Positions 18,858 through 28,741 of a stretch of 64,000 nucleotides of DNA are shown one piece after another. Made by a program: the position numbers and the translations under genes. Origin of the DNA: an uncultured Bifidobacteriaceae bacterium (lineage in GTDB: Bacteria > Acidobacteriota > Vicinamibacteria > Vicinamibacterales > UBA2999); NCBI GenBank assembly GCA_964505975.1, contig CAZDLW010000004.1, forward strand, positions 17,790 through 81,789, in the 5' to 3' direction. A model generated the notes under the pieces. That model saw only the letters and a program-made list of their open reading frames with translations. It was not told the DNA's origin and made no database searches. The number at the start of each line of letters is the position of its first letter. Positions within the stretch are counted from its first letter, which is position 1.

Positions 18858-19101
18858 GTGTGGTCTTCGCGACTCACCGTCCACGCGAGCATCGTCGCTC
18901 CTCTCCGCGATTTTCGCTGTCCTGTCGGGTGCCGACTCGCTCACGAGCGGGTTCGGCGACTCGTCCACACCACATCTTCCGTCAGCTGATGTATCAGCTC
19001 GATCCGGAGCCGCGAGCGTGCGGCCGCGCTGGTGATCCTCGCACAGCCTCCGTCATTCGTCTCGTCCAAATCGCCACAGCCCCGACGAGGCGGAGCGCGC
19101 G

Positions 19102-20718
19102 ATGACCCGCGCGACATACGCCCGCGGTCAAACGGCAGCTGTATTCGATCTCGATGGTGTCGTGACGTTCACCGCCCGCGTGCATTTCGCGGCCTGGAAG
19201 ATGCTCTTCGACCGGTATCTGCACGATCGTGCCGCGCAGGGGGAACCGGTCCGTCCGTTCGAGGCCGGCGACTATCATGACCTGGTCGATGGCCGCCCCC
19301 GCTATGAAGGCGTCCGCGTATTCCTCGCGTCGAGGGGCATCGAGTTGCCGTACGGAGATCCGGCGGACGCGCCAGGACATCTGACCGTGTGTGGACTGGG
19401 CAATCGCAAGAACGAACTGTTCGACGCGCTGCTGCGGGATCAGGGCGTCGAGGTGGACGCGCACGCCGTACGCCTGATCGAGGACCTGCGTGCAGCCGGC
19501 GTCCGTGTCGGCATGGCGTCATCGAGCAGGAATGCCGCGAGAGTTCTCGCGCGCGCAAAGCTGTCAACGCTCTTCGACACGTCTGTTGACGGCGTGACGA
19601 GCGAGCAGGAGGGGCTTGCGGGCAAGCCGGCGCCGGACATCTTCCTGCGCTGTCTCGCACTGCTCGGCGGGGAACCTCGGGCCAGCGTCGTCGTGGAGGA
19701 CGCCGCCGCAGGCGTGCAGGCCGGCCGGACCGGCGGATTCGGACTCGTCATTGGCGTGGACCGCGGTGGCAACTGGCGTCGACTCCGGGAGCACGGCGCC
19801 GACTGGATTGTCCGCAATCTTGCGGAACTGTCGGCCGATGGCATTCTCGAATATCTCGCCGCTCGCACACACGTACGTCCCAACGCGCTGTCGGCATCGG
19901 CCGAGCTGACGCGGAGGCTGGCGGGGAAGCGGCTCGCCCTCTTTCTCGACTACGACGGAACTCTCACCCCCATCGTGGACCGGCCGGATCTCGCGGTCCT
20001 GTCGGACGACATGCGAGAGGCGCTGCGACATGTGGCGCGCGTCTGGCCTACGACTATCGTGAGCGGCCGCGGACGAGAGAACGTCGCGGCGCTCGTCGGC
20101 GTGGACACGCTCACGTATGCGGGAAGTCACGGCTTCGACGTCGCCGGGCCGGCAGAATCGAACCTGCGCCTGGAGGTCGATCCGGAAATCGTGCCGCTGC
20201 TGACCCACATGGCTGCAACACTGCGGACACGAACGGCTCAGATTCCCGGCGTGCTCATCGAGAACAAACGATTCTCGGTCGCCGTCCACTACCGGCTCAC
20301 TCCGGAACATCACATCGATGCCGTGGAGCGCATCGTCGACGAGACGCTGGCTGGTCATCCACAACTGCGGAAGGCCTTCGGAAAGAAGGTGTTCGAATTG
20401 CGTCCAGCGAGGGAATGGGACAAAGGGAAAGCCGTACTGTGGCTGCTGGAGCAGCTGCACCTGAACACCCCCGAGGTGCTTCCCGTTTTCATCGGGGACG
20501 ACACGACGGATGAAGACGGGTTCCATGCCCTCGAGGGTATCGGCATCGGCGTCGTGGTCCTGGAGATGCCGCGCGCGACCGCGGCCCACTACTCGCTGCA
20601 GAACGTCGCCGAGGTCGGGATGCTGCTCGAGCAGCTCACCCGTGTCGCCTCGTCCCGACGAGTGCAGACGCCTGGACACGCAACCGTTCCCGCCCGGAAA
20701 GAGGAGGGGCGACTGTGA
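19102..20718 (+). CDS. Fusion protein: beta-phosphoglucomutase-like HAD hydrolase + trehalose-6-phosphate phosphatase (OtsB-like)
   Basis: N-terminal domain: AAVFDLDGVVT...VVEDAAAGVQAG. C-terminal domain: LALFLDYDGTLTP...VFIGDDTTDEDGF. Confidence 0.8.
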   Translation: MTRATYARGQTAAVFDLDGVVTFTARVHFAAWKMLFDRYLHDRAAQGEPVRPFEAGDYHDLVDGRPRYEGVRVFLASRGIELPYGDPADAPGHLTVCGLGNRKNELFDALLRDQGVEVDAHAVRLIEDLRAAGVRVGMASSSRNAARVLARAKLSTLFDTSVDGVTSEQEGLAGKPAPDIFLRCLALLGGEPRASVVVEDAAAGVQAGRTGGFGLVIGVDRGGNWRRLREHGADWIVRNLAELSADGILEYLAARTHVRPNALSASAELTRRLAGKRLALFLDYDGTLTPIVDRPDLAVLSDDMREALRHVARVWPTTIVSGRGRENVAALVGVDTLTYAGSHGFDVAGPAESNLRLEVDPEIVPLLTHMAATLRTRTAQIPGVLIENKRFSVAVHYRLTPEHHIDAVERIVDETLAGHPQLRKAFGKKVFELRPAREWDKGKAVLWLLEQLHLNTPEVLPVFIGDDTTDEDGFHALEGIGIGVVVLEMPRATAAHYSLQNVAEVGMLLEQLTRVASSRRVQTPGHATVPARKEEGRL

Positions 20719-23210
20719 CGGATACGGTGGCAACACCTGCCGGGAATCCGTGGACTCTGAGTTACGAGGAATTCAGTCCCGAGGAGCAGGGATTGCGCGA
20801 AGCGCTCTGTGCGCTCGGCAACGGGCTGTTCGTGACCCGTGGCGCTGCAGAAGAGGCGACGGCCGACGGCGTCCACTATCCCGGAACCTATGTGGCCGGC
20901 GGCTACAACCAGCTCGCAAGTGAAGTGGCCGGCCGGACGGTCGTCAACGAGGACCTGGTGAACTGCCCGAACTGGCTGCCACTCTCCTTTCGACCGGACG
21001 ATGGCGAGTGGATGCAACCGGGTACGGTCGATCTCGAGTCGTGGCGGCAGGAGCTCCGCATGCGGGAAGGCCTGCTGGTTCGTCAGTTGGTCGTTCGCGA
21101 TAGCGGCAATCGCCGAACCCGCGTGGAAAGCCGGCGCCTCGTCCACATGCAGCACCCGCACCTCGCCGCAATCGAATTTCGCATCACGCCAGAGAACTGG
21201 AGTGGCCCTATTCGCATCCGCTCGGCAATCGACGGGTCGGTGAGGAATCTGGGCGTCGCGCGGTACAGGCAGTTGAGCAACAAGCACTTCGGGGTGCTCG
21301 AGACCGGACCGGTTGCACCGGAGGGTGTCTACCTCCTCGCACGAACGACCCAGTCGCGCTTCGAAGTTGCTCAGGCGGCGCGCACGCGACTCTTTCAGGA
21401 CGACGACCGAATCGAATCCGACCGCCTGCTGCTCCAGGACGATCCCGAGAGGATCGGCGAGGAACTGCGCGCGGACGTATCACCCGACCGGACGCTTCGC
21501 GTGGAGAAGGTGGTGTCGCTCTACACGTCCCGGAACCGGGCGATTACCGAGCCGGCGCTCGATGCCCGCCTGGCGCTCGGCCGCGCCCCGGACTTCGCCG
21601 CATTGTTGTCGACTCACCAGCTCGCCTGGCAGGCACTCTGGAACAGATTCGACGTTGAGATCGATGGCGTGCATCCCGGCGGAGAGCCGTTCACGCGTGA
21701 GCAGCTGATCCTGCGCCTGCACGTGTTTCACCTGCTGCAGACGGTCTCGCCCCACTCCGTCGGACTGGACGTAGGCGTTCCAGCACGGGGACTGCACGGC
21801 GAAGCCTATCGCGGACACATCTTCTGGGACGAGCTCTTCATCCTGCCGTTCTTCGTCGATCGGATCCCCTCCATCACCCGCTCCCTCCTGCTGTACCGGT
21901 ATTACCGCCTCGAAGCAGCGCGCGAACTGGCACAGCGCGCCGGACACGCCGGCGCGTCGTACCCCTGGCAGAGCAGCAGCGACGGGCGGGAAACGACGCA
22001 GGAAGTCCACCTCAATCCCCGCTCCGGACGGTGGGATCCGGACCACAGCCGTCTGCAGCGGCACGTCAATGCCGGCATTGTCTATAACGTCTGGCACTAC
22101 TATCGCACGACCGGCGACCGTACGTTCATGCTGGAGCACGGCGCGGAGGTCGTGCTCGAGATCGCACGATTCTGGTCGAGCCTCGCTGCGTTCAACGACG
22201 TGAGTGGACGCTTCGAGATCGCGGGTGTCATGGGCCCTGACGAGTACCACGAGAAGTATCCGGGCGCCGACCGCGGAGGCCTTCGGAACAACGCCTACAC
22301 GAACGTGATGGCAGTGTGGTGTCTGCAAAGGGCACTCGAGGTGCTCGACCTGGTCGGAGGGGTGCGGCGCGCCGAGCTCCTGTCCATGCTGGCCATTGCG
22401 GACAGCGAGCTCGAACGCTGGCACATGATCACGCGGCGAATGCTCGTGCCCCACCACGACGACGGCATCATCAGTCAGTTCGAAGGGTACAAGAACCTCG
22501 AGGAGTTCGACTGGGGGGGTTATCGCGCACAGTACGGGGGCATCGAACGGCTGGATCGCATCCTCAGGGCCGAGGGGGATTCACCCGATCGCTACCGGCT
22601 GTCGAAGCAGGCCGATGTGGACATGCTGTTCTTTCTCCTCCGCGTGGACGAGTTGCAGCGGATCTTCGAGCGCCTCGGGTACACACTCGACCCGGATCGC
22701 ATTCGCCGGAACGTCGAGTACTACAGCGCACGCACGTCGCACGGGTCCACGCTCAGCCGGGTCGTGTTCGCATCGACGATGCACCACGTCGATTGTGAGG
22801 CGGGATGCCGGTTGTTCCTGGAGGCGCTGCGGAGCGACGTGGACGACCTGCAGGGGGGAACGACGGCCGAAGGCATCCATCTCGGCGCCATGGCCGGGAC
22901 CATCGGCATCGTGTTTCGACATTACGCCGGCCTGGACCTCGGTCACGATGGGTTCCGGTTCCATCCCGACATGCCCTTGGCGTTCCGGCGCCTCGCCTTC
23001 CGAGCGCAATGGCGCGGCCTCTGGATTGGCGTGGAGCTCTCGCGGGAACGCCTTCGCCTCGCTGCCGATCCAGACGGCGAGGCCCGGGTGCCGGTCCGGG
23101 TAGGCCACACAACGTACCAACTGACGCCCGGCCAGTTGCTCGACATCCCACTCGAGGACGGCCGCGCGCCGAAGGCATCGGCGCACGCCGTCGACGATGC
23201 TCCGCACTGA
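20715..23210 (+). CDS. Glycoside hydrolase family 65 phosphorylase
   Basis: 831 aa. GTGA start/stop overlap with the upstream gene. The catalytic-acid block GHIFWDELFILPFF and the length and layout match kojibiose/trehalose/maltose phosphorylases. Confidence 0.8.
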   Translation: MTDTVATPAGNPWTLSYEEFSPEEQGLREALCALGNGLFVTRGAAEEATADGVHYPGTYVAGGYNQLASEVAGRTVVNEDLVNCPNWLPLSFRPDDGEWMQPGTVDLESWRQELRMREGLLVRQLVVRDSGNRRTRVESRRLVHMQHPHLAAIEFRITPENWSGPIRIRSAIDGSVRNLGVARYRQLSNKHFGVLETGPVAPEGVYLLARTTQSRFEVAQAARTRLFQDDDRIESDRLLLQDDPERIGEELRADVSPDRTLRVEKVVSLYTSRNRAITEPALDARLALGRAPDFAALLSTHQLAWQALWNRFDVEIDGVHPGGEPFTREQLILRLHVFHLLQTVSPHSVGLDVGVPARGLHGEAYRGHIFWDELFILPFFVDRIPSITRSLLLYRYYRLEAARELAQRAGHAGASYPWQSSSDGRETTQEVHLNPRSGRWDPDHSRLQRHVNAGIVYNVWHYYRTTGDRTFMLEHGAEVVLEIARFWSSLAAFNDVSGRFEIAGVMGPDEYHEKYPGADRGGLRNNAYTNVMAVWCLQRALEVLDLVGGVRRAELLSMLAIADSELERWHMITRRMLVPHHDDGIISQFEGYKNLEEFDWGGYRAQYGGIERLDRILRAEGDSPDRYRLSKQADVDMLFFLLRVDELQRIFERLGYTLDPDRIRRNVEYYSARTSHGSTLSRVVFASTMHHVDCEAGCRLFLEALRSDVDDLQGGTTAEGIHLGAMAGTIGIVFRHYAGLDLGHDGFRFHPDMPLAFRRLAFRAQWRGLWIGVELSRERLRLAADPDGEARVPVRVGHTTYQLTPGQLLDIPLEDGRAPKASAHAVDDAPH

Positions 23211-23213
23211 GCC

Positions 23214-23237
23214 GGAGACTTCAGGGCCGCAGTCTCC
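23214..23237. terminator. Possible bidirectional terminator hairpin between convergent GH65 and glgC
   Basis: GGAGACT-tcagggccgc-AGTCTCC has a 7-bp perfect stem and lies in the 26-bp gap. There is no T-tract. Confidence 0.3.
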
Positions 23238-24502
23238 TACACCACCGTTCCCGCAGGAATCACCGCGCCTTTCGGCACGACGATGATGCCGCCGCGGATG
23301 ACGTAGCCGTCGCCGTCCACCTGGAGGACGTTAGTCTCGTTCACCAGTCGCACGCCGTCGCCGATGCGCGCGTTCTTGTCTACGATGGCCCGGTTGATCG
23401 TGACATCGCGTCCGATTCCAAGCTCGGGCTGACCACGGGTCGGCGGCGCGTCTTCGTAGAAGTCCGCGCCGAGCAGAACCGAGTGGCTGATCCGGGTGCC
23501 GGAGCGAACGTTCGTGCGGATACCAATGACCGAGTCGATGATCTCGCAGGTGTCGAGAAAGCAGCCGTCCGCCACGATGGAGTCGCGCACGTGACAATCC
23601 GTCAGCCGCGACCCGGGCAGGTGCCGCAGGTGCGTATAGATGGGCAGCTGCGGGTCCCAGAATCGAAAGGCGGCAGTCGGGCGGCCGAGCATGACGTTGG
23701 CGTCGTAGAAGGACTCGATGGTGCCAACGTCCGCCCAGTATCCGCGGTACAGGTATGGCTTCACGCTGAACTTGTCCAGAGCGCCGGGAATCAGCTCGCG
23801 GCCGAAATCCATTCCAGGTTCCCGGGCGAGCATGTCGAGCAGGACGCGCCGTGAGAACACGTACACCCCCATGGACGCCATGAACGGCTGCTCGTCCGTG
23901 TGCTCTGCGAACGCTGCCCCAGCCGGGATGCTGCGCCCAATCTCCTGCAGCCGCGTGGCGGGCGGTTTCTCCTCGAATGCGACGATCCGGCCATCCCGGT
24001 CGAAGCGAAAGATTCCCATCTGGGTTGCCGTGTCCGGGTCGACCGGTTGTGCAGCAATCGTGATGTCGGCGCGCATGGCCTTGTGCGCGTCGATCAGCGT
24101 CCGATAATCCATGCGGTACAGGTGGTCGCCCGCGAGGATCAAGTAATAGTCGGCCTCGTGTGTCGAGAAATGCCGGACCGCCTGTCGGACGGCATCGGCC
24201 GTTCCCTGATACCAGTGCGGGTTGTCCGGGGTCTGCTCCGCCGCGAGGATCTCGACGAAGCCGCCGGAGAACATGTCCAGCTGATACGTGCTCGAGATGT
24301 GGCGGTTGAGCGACGCCGAGTTGAACTGCGTCAGGACGTAGATTCGCCTGATGTCCGCGTGAAGGCATCCGCTCACGGGCACGTCGATGAGCCGGTACTT
24401 GCCGCCGATCGGCACGGCCGGTTTCGAGCGCGTGGCCGTGAGCGGAAACAGGCGCTGCCCCTGCCCGCCCCCCAGAACGATGGCAAGCGTGTCGGTGGTC
24501 AT
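23237..24502 (-). CDS. glgC: Glucose-1-phosphate adenylyltransferase
   Basis: LGGGQGQRLFPLTATRSKPAVPIGGKYRLIDVPVS at the N-terminus, a left-handed beta-helix C-terminal part, 421 aa. Confidence 0.9.
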   Translation of the reverse strand: MTTDTLAIVLGGGQGQRLFPLTATRSKPAVPIGGKYRLIDVPVSGCLHADIRRIYVLTQFNSASLNRHISSTYQLDMFSGGFVEILAAEQTPDNPHWYQGTADAVRQAVRHFSTHEADYYLILAGDHLYRMDYRTLIDAHKAMRADITIAAQPVDPDTATQMGIFRFDRDGRIVAFEEKPPATRLQEIGRSIPAGAAFAEHTDEQPFMASMGVYVFSRRVLLDMLAREPGMDFGRELIPGALDKFSVKPYLYRGYWADVGTIESFYDANVMLGRPTAAFRFWDPQLPIYTHLRHLPGSRLTDCHVRDSIVADGCFLDTCEIIDSVIGIRTNVRSGTRISHSVLLGADFYEDAPPTRGQPELGIGRDVTINRAIVDKNARIGDGVRLVNETNVLQVDGDGYVIRGGIIVVPKGAVIPAGTVV

Positions 24503-24553
24503 CGTGGCGGCGCCGCCCGCGGCGGTGAACAGGGAGAGGCCTGAGGGAGCACG

Positions 24554-27064
24554 TCAGAAGAAGCGCGGCAGGCCGCCGAGCGACGCTCCAATCCTCGTGC
24601 GAAGCATGTTCAGCGTCTCGGGCGAGCCCTCGAACAAGCCTTCCGGATACCGGCTTTCGCTGATCATCCGCCGGTAGATCAGGTCGCTCTGGTAGAGATT
24701 CAGGCCCAATCCCGCCAGATACTGCAGCCGCAGATTCCGATCGGTGTTGATGACCGCATCGCTCAACCAGCCCTGCATGTCCTCCCGGCTGCCCGCGTAC
24801 GTCGCGAACAGGTCCACGGCCGAGTAGATGCCGATTTCGCGCAGGGATTGCACGATGCGGGCGTTCTCCGGGGCGTCCAGTCGCGCCTGGACGGCATCGA
24901 CGTTGATCGGCCGCGGTTCGAGTTGCCCGAACAGCACCAGATCGTATCCCTGGCCGTTCACGGTGTTGGCGAAGATCGCGCCCGAGGGGAATGCCTCGAG
25001 GAACGTGGCGACTTCGCTCTTCACGGCGGCGTCGCTGCTCTCGTAGAGCTGCACGAACAGCGTGACGATGCCGCCGGGATTGAGACGGTCCCTGACGAGC
25101 TGGAAGAACTCACGGGTATAGAGCGTCGCAGCGCCCTTGACCCAGGGGTCCAGCGGATCCGACGTAATGGCATCGAACTTCTCGCCCGTGGTCAGCAGAT
25201 AGTGACGGGCATCGTCCAGGTGCATGCGGACTTTCGGATTCGCGACCACGTCGAAGTTGTGATCCGAGAAGTACGTCGACACCACGCGTGGCACGAGCGG
25301 TTCGATTTCGGCGATGATCTGCTCCTCCACTCGTGGATCGATCGACACGGCGCCTGCCGTCACTCCGGCACCGAGCCCGATCACCATGACACGGCGAGGA
25401 TTCTCGGGCACCAGCGTCGTCATATGTCCCAGCATGCGCTGGAGACGCATGTCCTGCGGCTCGCTCGACGCCTGGACTTTACCGGCGTTGTGGTAGTTGA
25501 GGACACCGCTCGGTGTTCGTGTCACCGCCACCGAGGCCGTGACACCCTCACCCGAGTAGATCACCTCGTTCTGCCCGAGCCACGTCGCCGCATAACGCCC
25601 GTACGCCACCAGGATGCCCGGGAGGGGCGGCACCATCCGCGCCAGCAGACCGGCACTGAGGGCCACGACCAGGACCAGTACGAACACCGGCACTGGCGCT
25701 TTGCGATCTTCCCCCGGGGATGGCATCAGCATGAGCAGGCCGGAGAGCGCAGCCAGTCCGATGAGAAGCTGCTGGGCGAACTGGCTTCCCACCGTGCCGA
25801 CAAGCAGCAACCCCGTAACCAGCGCACCCACAATGGCGCCGACGGTGTTGGCCGCGTACACGTACCCGACCAGGCGTCCTGCATCCTGCCCTCGGGCTGC
25901 AACCGCCCCGAGCGCCAGTGGAAAGCTTGCCCCCCACAATATGGCGGCCGGCATCATCACCCACACGGCCCGCATGAGGTCCAGCTGGAAGTTGTAGGAC
26001 GGGTCGGATGAGATAGAGGGGTTGATCGGCCAATACGGCAGCGAGGCCATGCTCGCGTACGCGGCCCACGCGAGCGTCACGCACAGCCCGAGTTGGCACC
26101 ACCCGAGAGCAGCACGGGGGCTTTTCACCGTTCGGGCCGCGGCCGCGCCGAGACTGCTCCCGATGCCCAGGCCAACCAGGAAGACGGCGAGAATCAGCGA
26201 GAACGTATACGTGGTCGCACCAAACAGCAACGACAGCACACGTGTCCAGACAACCTGGGCACCCAGGGCCGTCAAGCCAGACAAGCCAATCGCCAGGTAC
26301 ACGAGCCGCGCGCCGGGTGCCGCCGTGACCGGCGCCGCCTCCTGAGCGGACGGCACCTGCTGGATGTACTCCGCCCGCGCCGCGATGGCCAGCGCGACAA
26401 CGGCCACCAGGACGTTCAGGCCGACCGCCACGTACGTGGCGGTTGGCATGTCGTACAGCCGCAGGAGATAGAACCCGGCGAGGAGGCTGCCCGCGACAGC
26501 ACCGGCCAAATTGCCTCCGTAGAAATACCCGAGCCACGAGACGCCTTGCGGTGTGGTCTGGACCCAGCGTGCAATGGCGGGGAGCGTGGCGCCCATCATC
26601 ACCGTCGGGGGGAGCAGGCAGATACCGGCGACGACGGCGCGCATCATGAGACTGACCGGACCGGCACTGCCCGCCAGCGAGGTGTAGGCAGCCCCCATGA
26701 GCGGCACCAGGAAGAGGACGATCACCCCGCACAGGCCGATGCCGAGCTCCAGGAACGCGTAGACCTTCAGGGGATGATGCCGCGGCCGTACGTATACGGG
26801 CAGCAGCAGGCTGCCCAGACACATGCCTCCCATGAAGATGCCCAACAACACACCGAGGGAGACGGCCGACGACCCAATGGACAGCTGAAGGAGTTGAAAC
26901 CAGACAACTTCATAGATGAGAGCGGCGCAGCCGGATCCGACGAACAGCAGCAGGAGCGCCGGGAGCCAGCGATGCGCAGCTTCCACACTGGCCGCCGGGG
27001 CTCCGGAACCGGGGGGCATGGGGGACTCCGCGTCTGGAGGCGCAGTTTCTTCGAGATGTGTCAT
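24554..27064 (-). CDS. Fused MFS-like membrane domain / spermidine synthase-like methyltransferase-fold protein
   Basis: ORF 24554..27094, with ATG 27064 or 27094 as start. About 14 hydrophobic spans are followed by VMVIGLGAGVTAGA and ITSDPLDPW blocks of the spermidine synthase fold. Confidence 0.8.
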   Translation of the reverse strand: MTHLEETAPPDAESPMPPGSGAPAASVEAAHRWLPALLLLFVGSGCAALIYEVVWFQLLQLSIGSSAVSLGVLLGIFMGGMCLGSLLLPVYVRPRHHPLKVYAFLELGIGLCGVIVLFLVPLMGAAYTSLAGSAGPVSLMMRAVVAGICLLPPTVMMGATLPAIARWVQTTPQGVSWLGYFYGGNLAGAVAGSLLAGFYLLRLYDMPTATYVAVGLNVLVAVVALAIAARAEYIQQVPSAQEAAPVTAAPGARLVYLAIGLSGLTALGAQVVWTRVLSLLFGATTYTFSLILAVFLVGLGIGSSLGAAAARTVKSPRAALGWCQLGLCVTLAWAAYASMASLPYWPINPSISSDPSYNFQLDLMRAVWVMMPAAILWGASFPLALGAVAARGQDAGRLVGYVYAANTVGAIVGALVTGLLLVGTVGSQFAQQLLIGLAALSGLLMLMPSPGEDRKAPVPVFVLVLVVALSAGLLARMVPPLPGILVAYGRYAATWLGQNEVIYSGEGVTASVAVTRTPSGVLNYHNAGKVQASSEPQDMRLQRMLGHMTTLVPENPRRVMVIGLGAGVTAGAVSIDPRVEEQIIAEIEPLVPRVVSTYFSDHNFDVVANPKVRMHLDDARHYLLTTGEKFDAITSDPLDPWVKGAATLYTREFFQLVRDRLNPGGIVTLFVQLYESSDAAVKSEVATFLEAFPSGAIFANTVNGQGYDLVLFGQLEPRPINVDAVQARLDAPENARIVQSLREIGIYSAVDLFATYAGSREDMQGWLSDAVINTDRNLRLQYLAGLGLNLYQSDLIYRRMISESRYPEGLFEGSPETLNMLRTRIGASLGGLPRFF

Positions 27065-27238
27065 GGTTTCCGGGAATACTACCAGACGAACCAAGCGTTT
27101 ACCTCGGCCTTACTCGCCCCATCGTGGACAGCCAGCCCACGTGGTTGAGGAAGTGCGTCTGGACATGCGCCCTTGGCTGGTTTCTCTCGACCGACTCATC
27201 CGGGGGGTACAGAGCGGCATGGGATAATTTCGACCAGG

Positions 27239-27655
27239 ATGGGACACGATCGCGCGCGACCGCTGGTGCTGATTGTCGAAGACGAGCGAGATCTGCGCGT
27301 GCTCTATGCGGAACACCTGTCGCTCTGTGGCTTCGAGGTCGTGCAGGCCGCCAACGGCGCCGAAGCCATTACGACGACGACGTCCCTGTCTCCCGACGTC
27401 GTACTGATGGATCTCAGCCTGCCTGTCGTGGACGGTTGGGAAGCGACCCGGTTCCTCAAGAACGACGAGCGAACAGCCCACATTCCGGTGGTGGCCCTCA
27501 CCGCCCATCACGGAGCGGGCGAACTGCAAAAAGCCACTCACGCAGGCTGCGACTGGTTCGTGCCCAAGCCCTGCCCTCCGGACGCCCTGGTTGCCGAGAT
27601 CCGGCGGGTACTGAGCACTCTCCCGCCTCCCGCCGCCACTGAACCCCCGCTGTGA
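27239..27655 (+). CDS. Single-domain (CheY-like) response regulator
   Basis: LVLIVEDERDLR, acceptor block VVLMDLSLPVVDGWE, and KPCPPDAL. Start at ATG 27239. Confidence 0.8.
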   Translation: MGHDRARPLVLIVEDERDLRVLYAEHLSLCGFEVVQAANGAEAITTTTSLSPDVVLMDLSLPVVDGWEATRFLKNDERTAHIPVVALTAHHGAGELQKATHAGCDWFVPKPCPPDALVAEIRRVLSTLPPPAATEPPL

Positions 27656-27870
27656 CGCTGGGCCTGGGCGGCCCCCAACGCGAATTCCGGACGCCGAGAG
27701 TGTCGGCAGCGGCTCCGCTTCGCCAGATGTTGTGAAACGCAGATTTAACGGCTCTGTCACCAGCCGGAAACGCCGGTCGTCTACCGTTGAAGACAGGTGG
27801 TGACATCGTCAACGGAGTCCCCGTGCAGAACACACTCGACCCAATCGCAAGAACGAGCAGCGAACCGGCC

Positions 27871-28584
27871 ATGAACGCCGTGCGGGCATCCCGGACACGT
27901 GTGCTCGTCGTCGAAGACGAAGAAGATATCGCCGAACTGATCAAGCACACGCTCGAACAGACCGGCGGCATCGACGTCGACATTGCCGCAACCGGCGATG
28001 CCGCGCTCAAGGCCGTGGCCGATCAGCCCCCCGGCGTGATCATCCTGGACTTGAACCTGCCGGTCCTCAGCGGCCTCGAGGTATGCCGTATCCTGCGGGC
28101 CCGCCCGTCGACCGCCCGGGTACCCATCATCATGCTGACCGCGCGCACGAGCGAAAGCGATCGCGTAACAGGGCTGGACGTTGGCGCGGACGACTACATC
28201 ATCAAGCCGTTCAGCGTGCGCGAACTGGCCGCCCGCGTCCGGGCCGTGCTGCGGCGCGGACAGTCGGCCACCGCCGAAGGCGCCGCCGGACCAGTCGTCT
28301 ACCGCGGAAAGCATCTGCTGGCCGACTTCGATGCCGTCTCGGTCTCCGTGGACGGCACGCCCGTTCGGCTGACGCGCAGAGAGTTCGAGCTGCTTCGACA
28401 CCTGGTCGAGAACCGCAATCGCGTGCTGTCGCGCGATCGCCTGCTCGAACGCGTGTGGGGCTACGACCGCCTGGTCGAGACGCGATCCGTTGACGTGCAC
28501 GTGGGCCGCCTGCGCGGCAAGCTTGGAACAGCGGGCCGTCAGATCGAAACGGTCGTTGGGCTCGGCTATCGCTTCGTCGAATAA
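27871..28584 (+). CDS. OmpR/PhoB-type response regulator
   Basis: VLVVEDEEDIA, VIILDLNLPVLSGLE, DDYIIKPF. Winged-helix block LTRREFELLRHLVENRNRVLSRDRLLERVWG...VDVHVGRLRGKL...GLGYRF. Confidence 0.9.
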   Translation: MNAVRASRTRVLVVEDEEDIAELIKHTLEQTGGIDVDIAATGDAALKAVADQPPGVIILDLNLPVLSGLEVCRILRARPSTARVPIIMLTARTSESDRVTGLDVGADDYIIKPFSVRELAARVRAVLRRGQSATAEGAAGPVVYRGKHLLADFDAVSVSVDGTPVRLTRREFELLRHLVENRNRVLSRDRLLERVWGYDRLVETRSVDVHVGRLRGKLGTAGRQIETVVGLGYRFVE

Positions 28585-28741
28585 GTCGCACACATCGTTC
28601 GTCACCGGTCTCACGAAGGAGGCGAGTGTCCTTCGCGGATGCAGACACTGCCGCGTTGCTTCCCGCATGACGAGCTCGCCTTCACGCCGGGCATACCGTC
28701 CTCCTCCTCATCGCCCGGGTTGTCGAGCTGCAGTTCGAACG

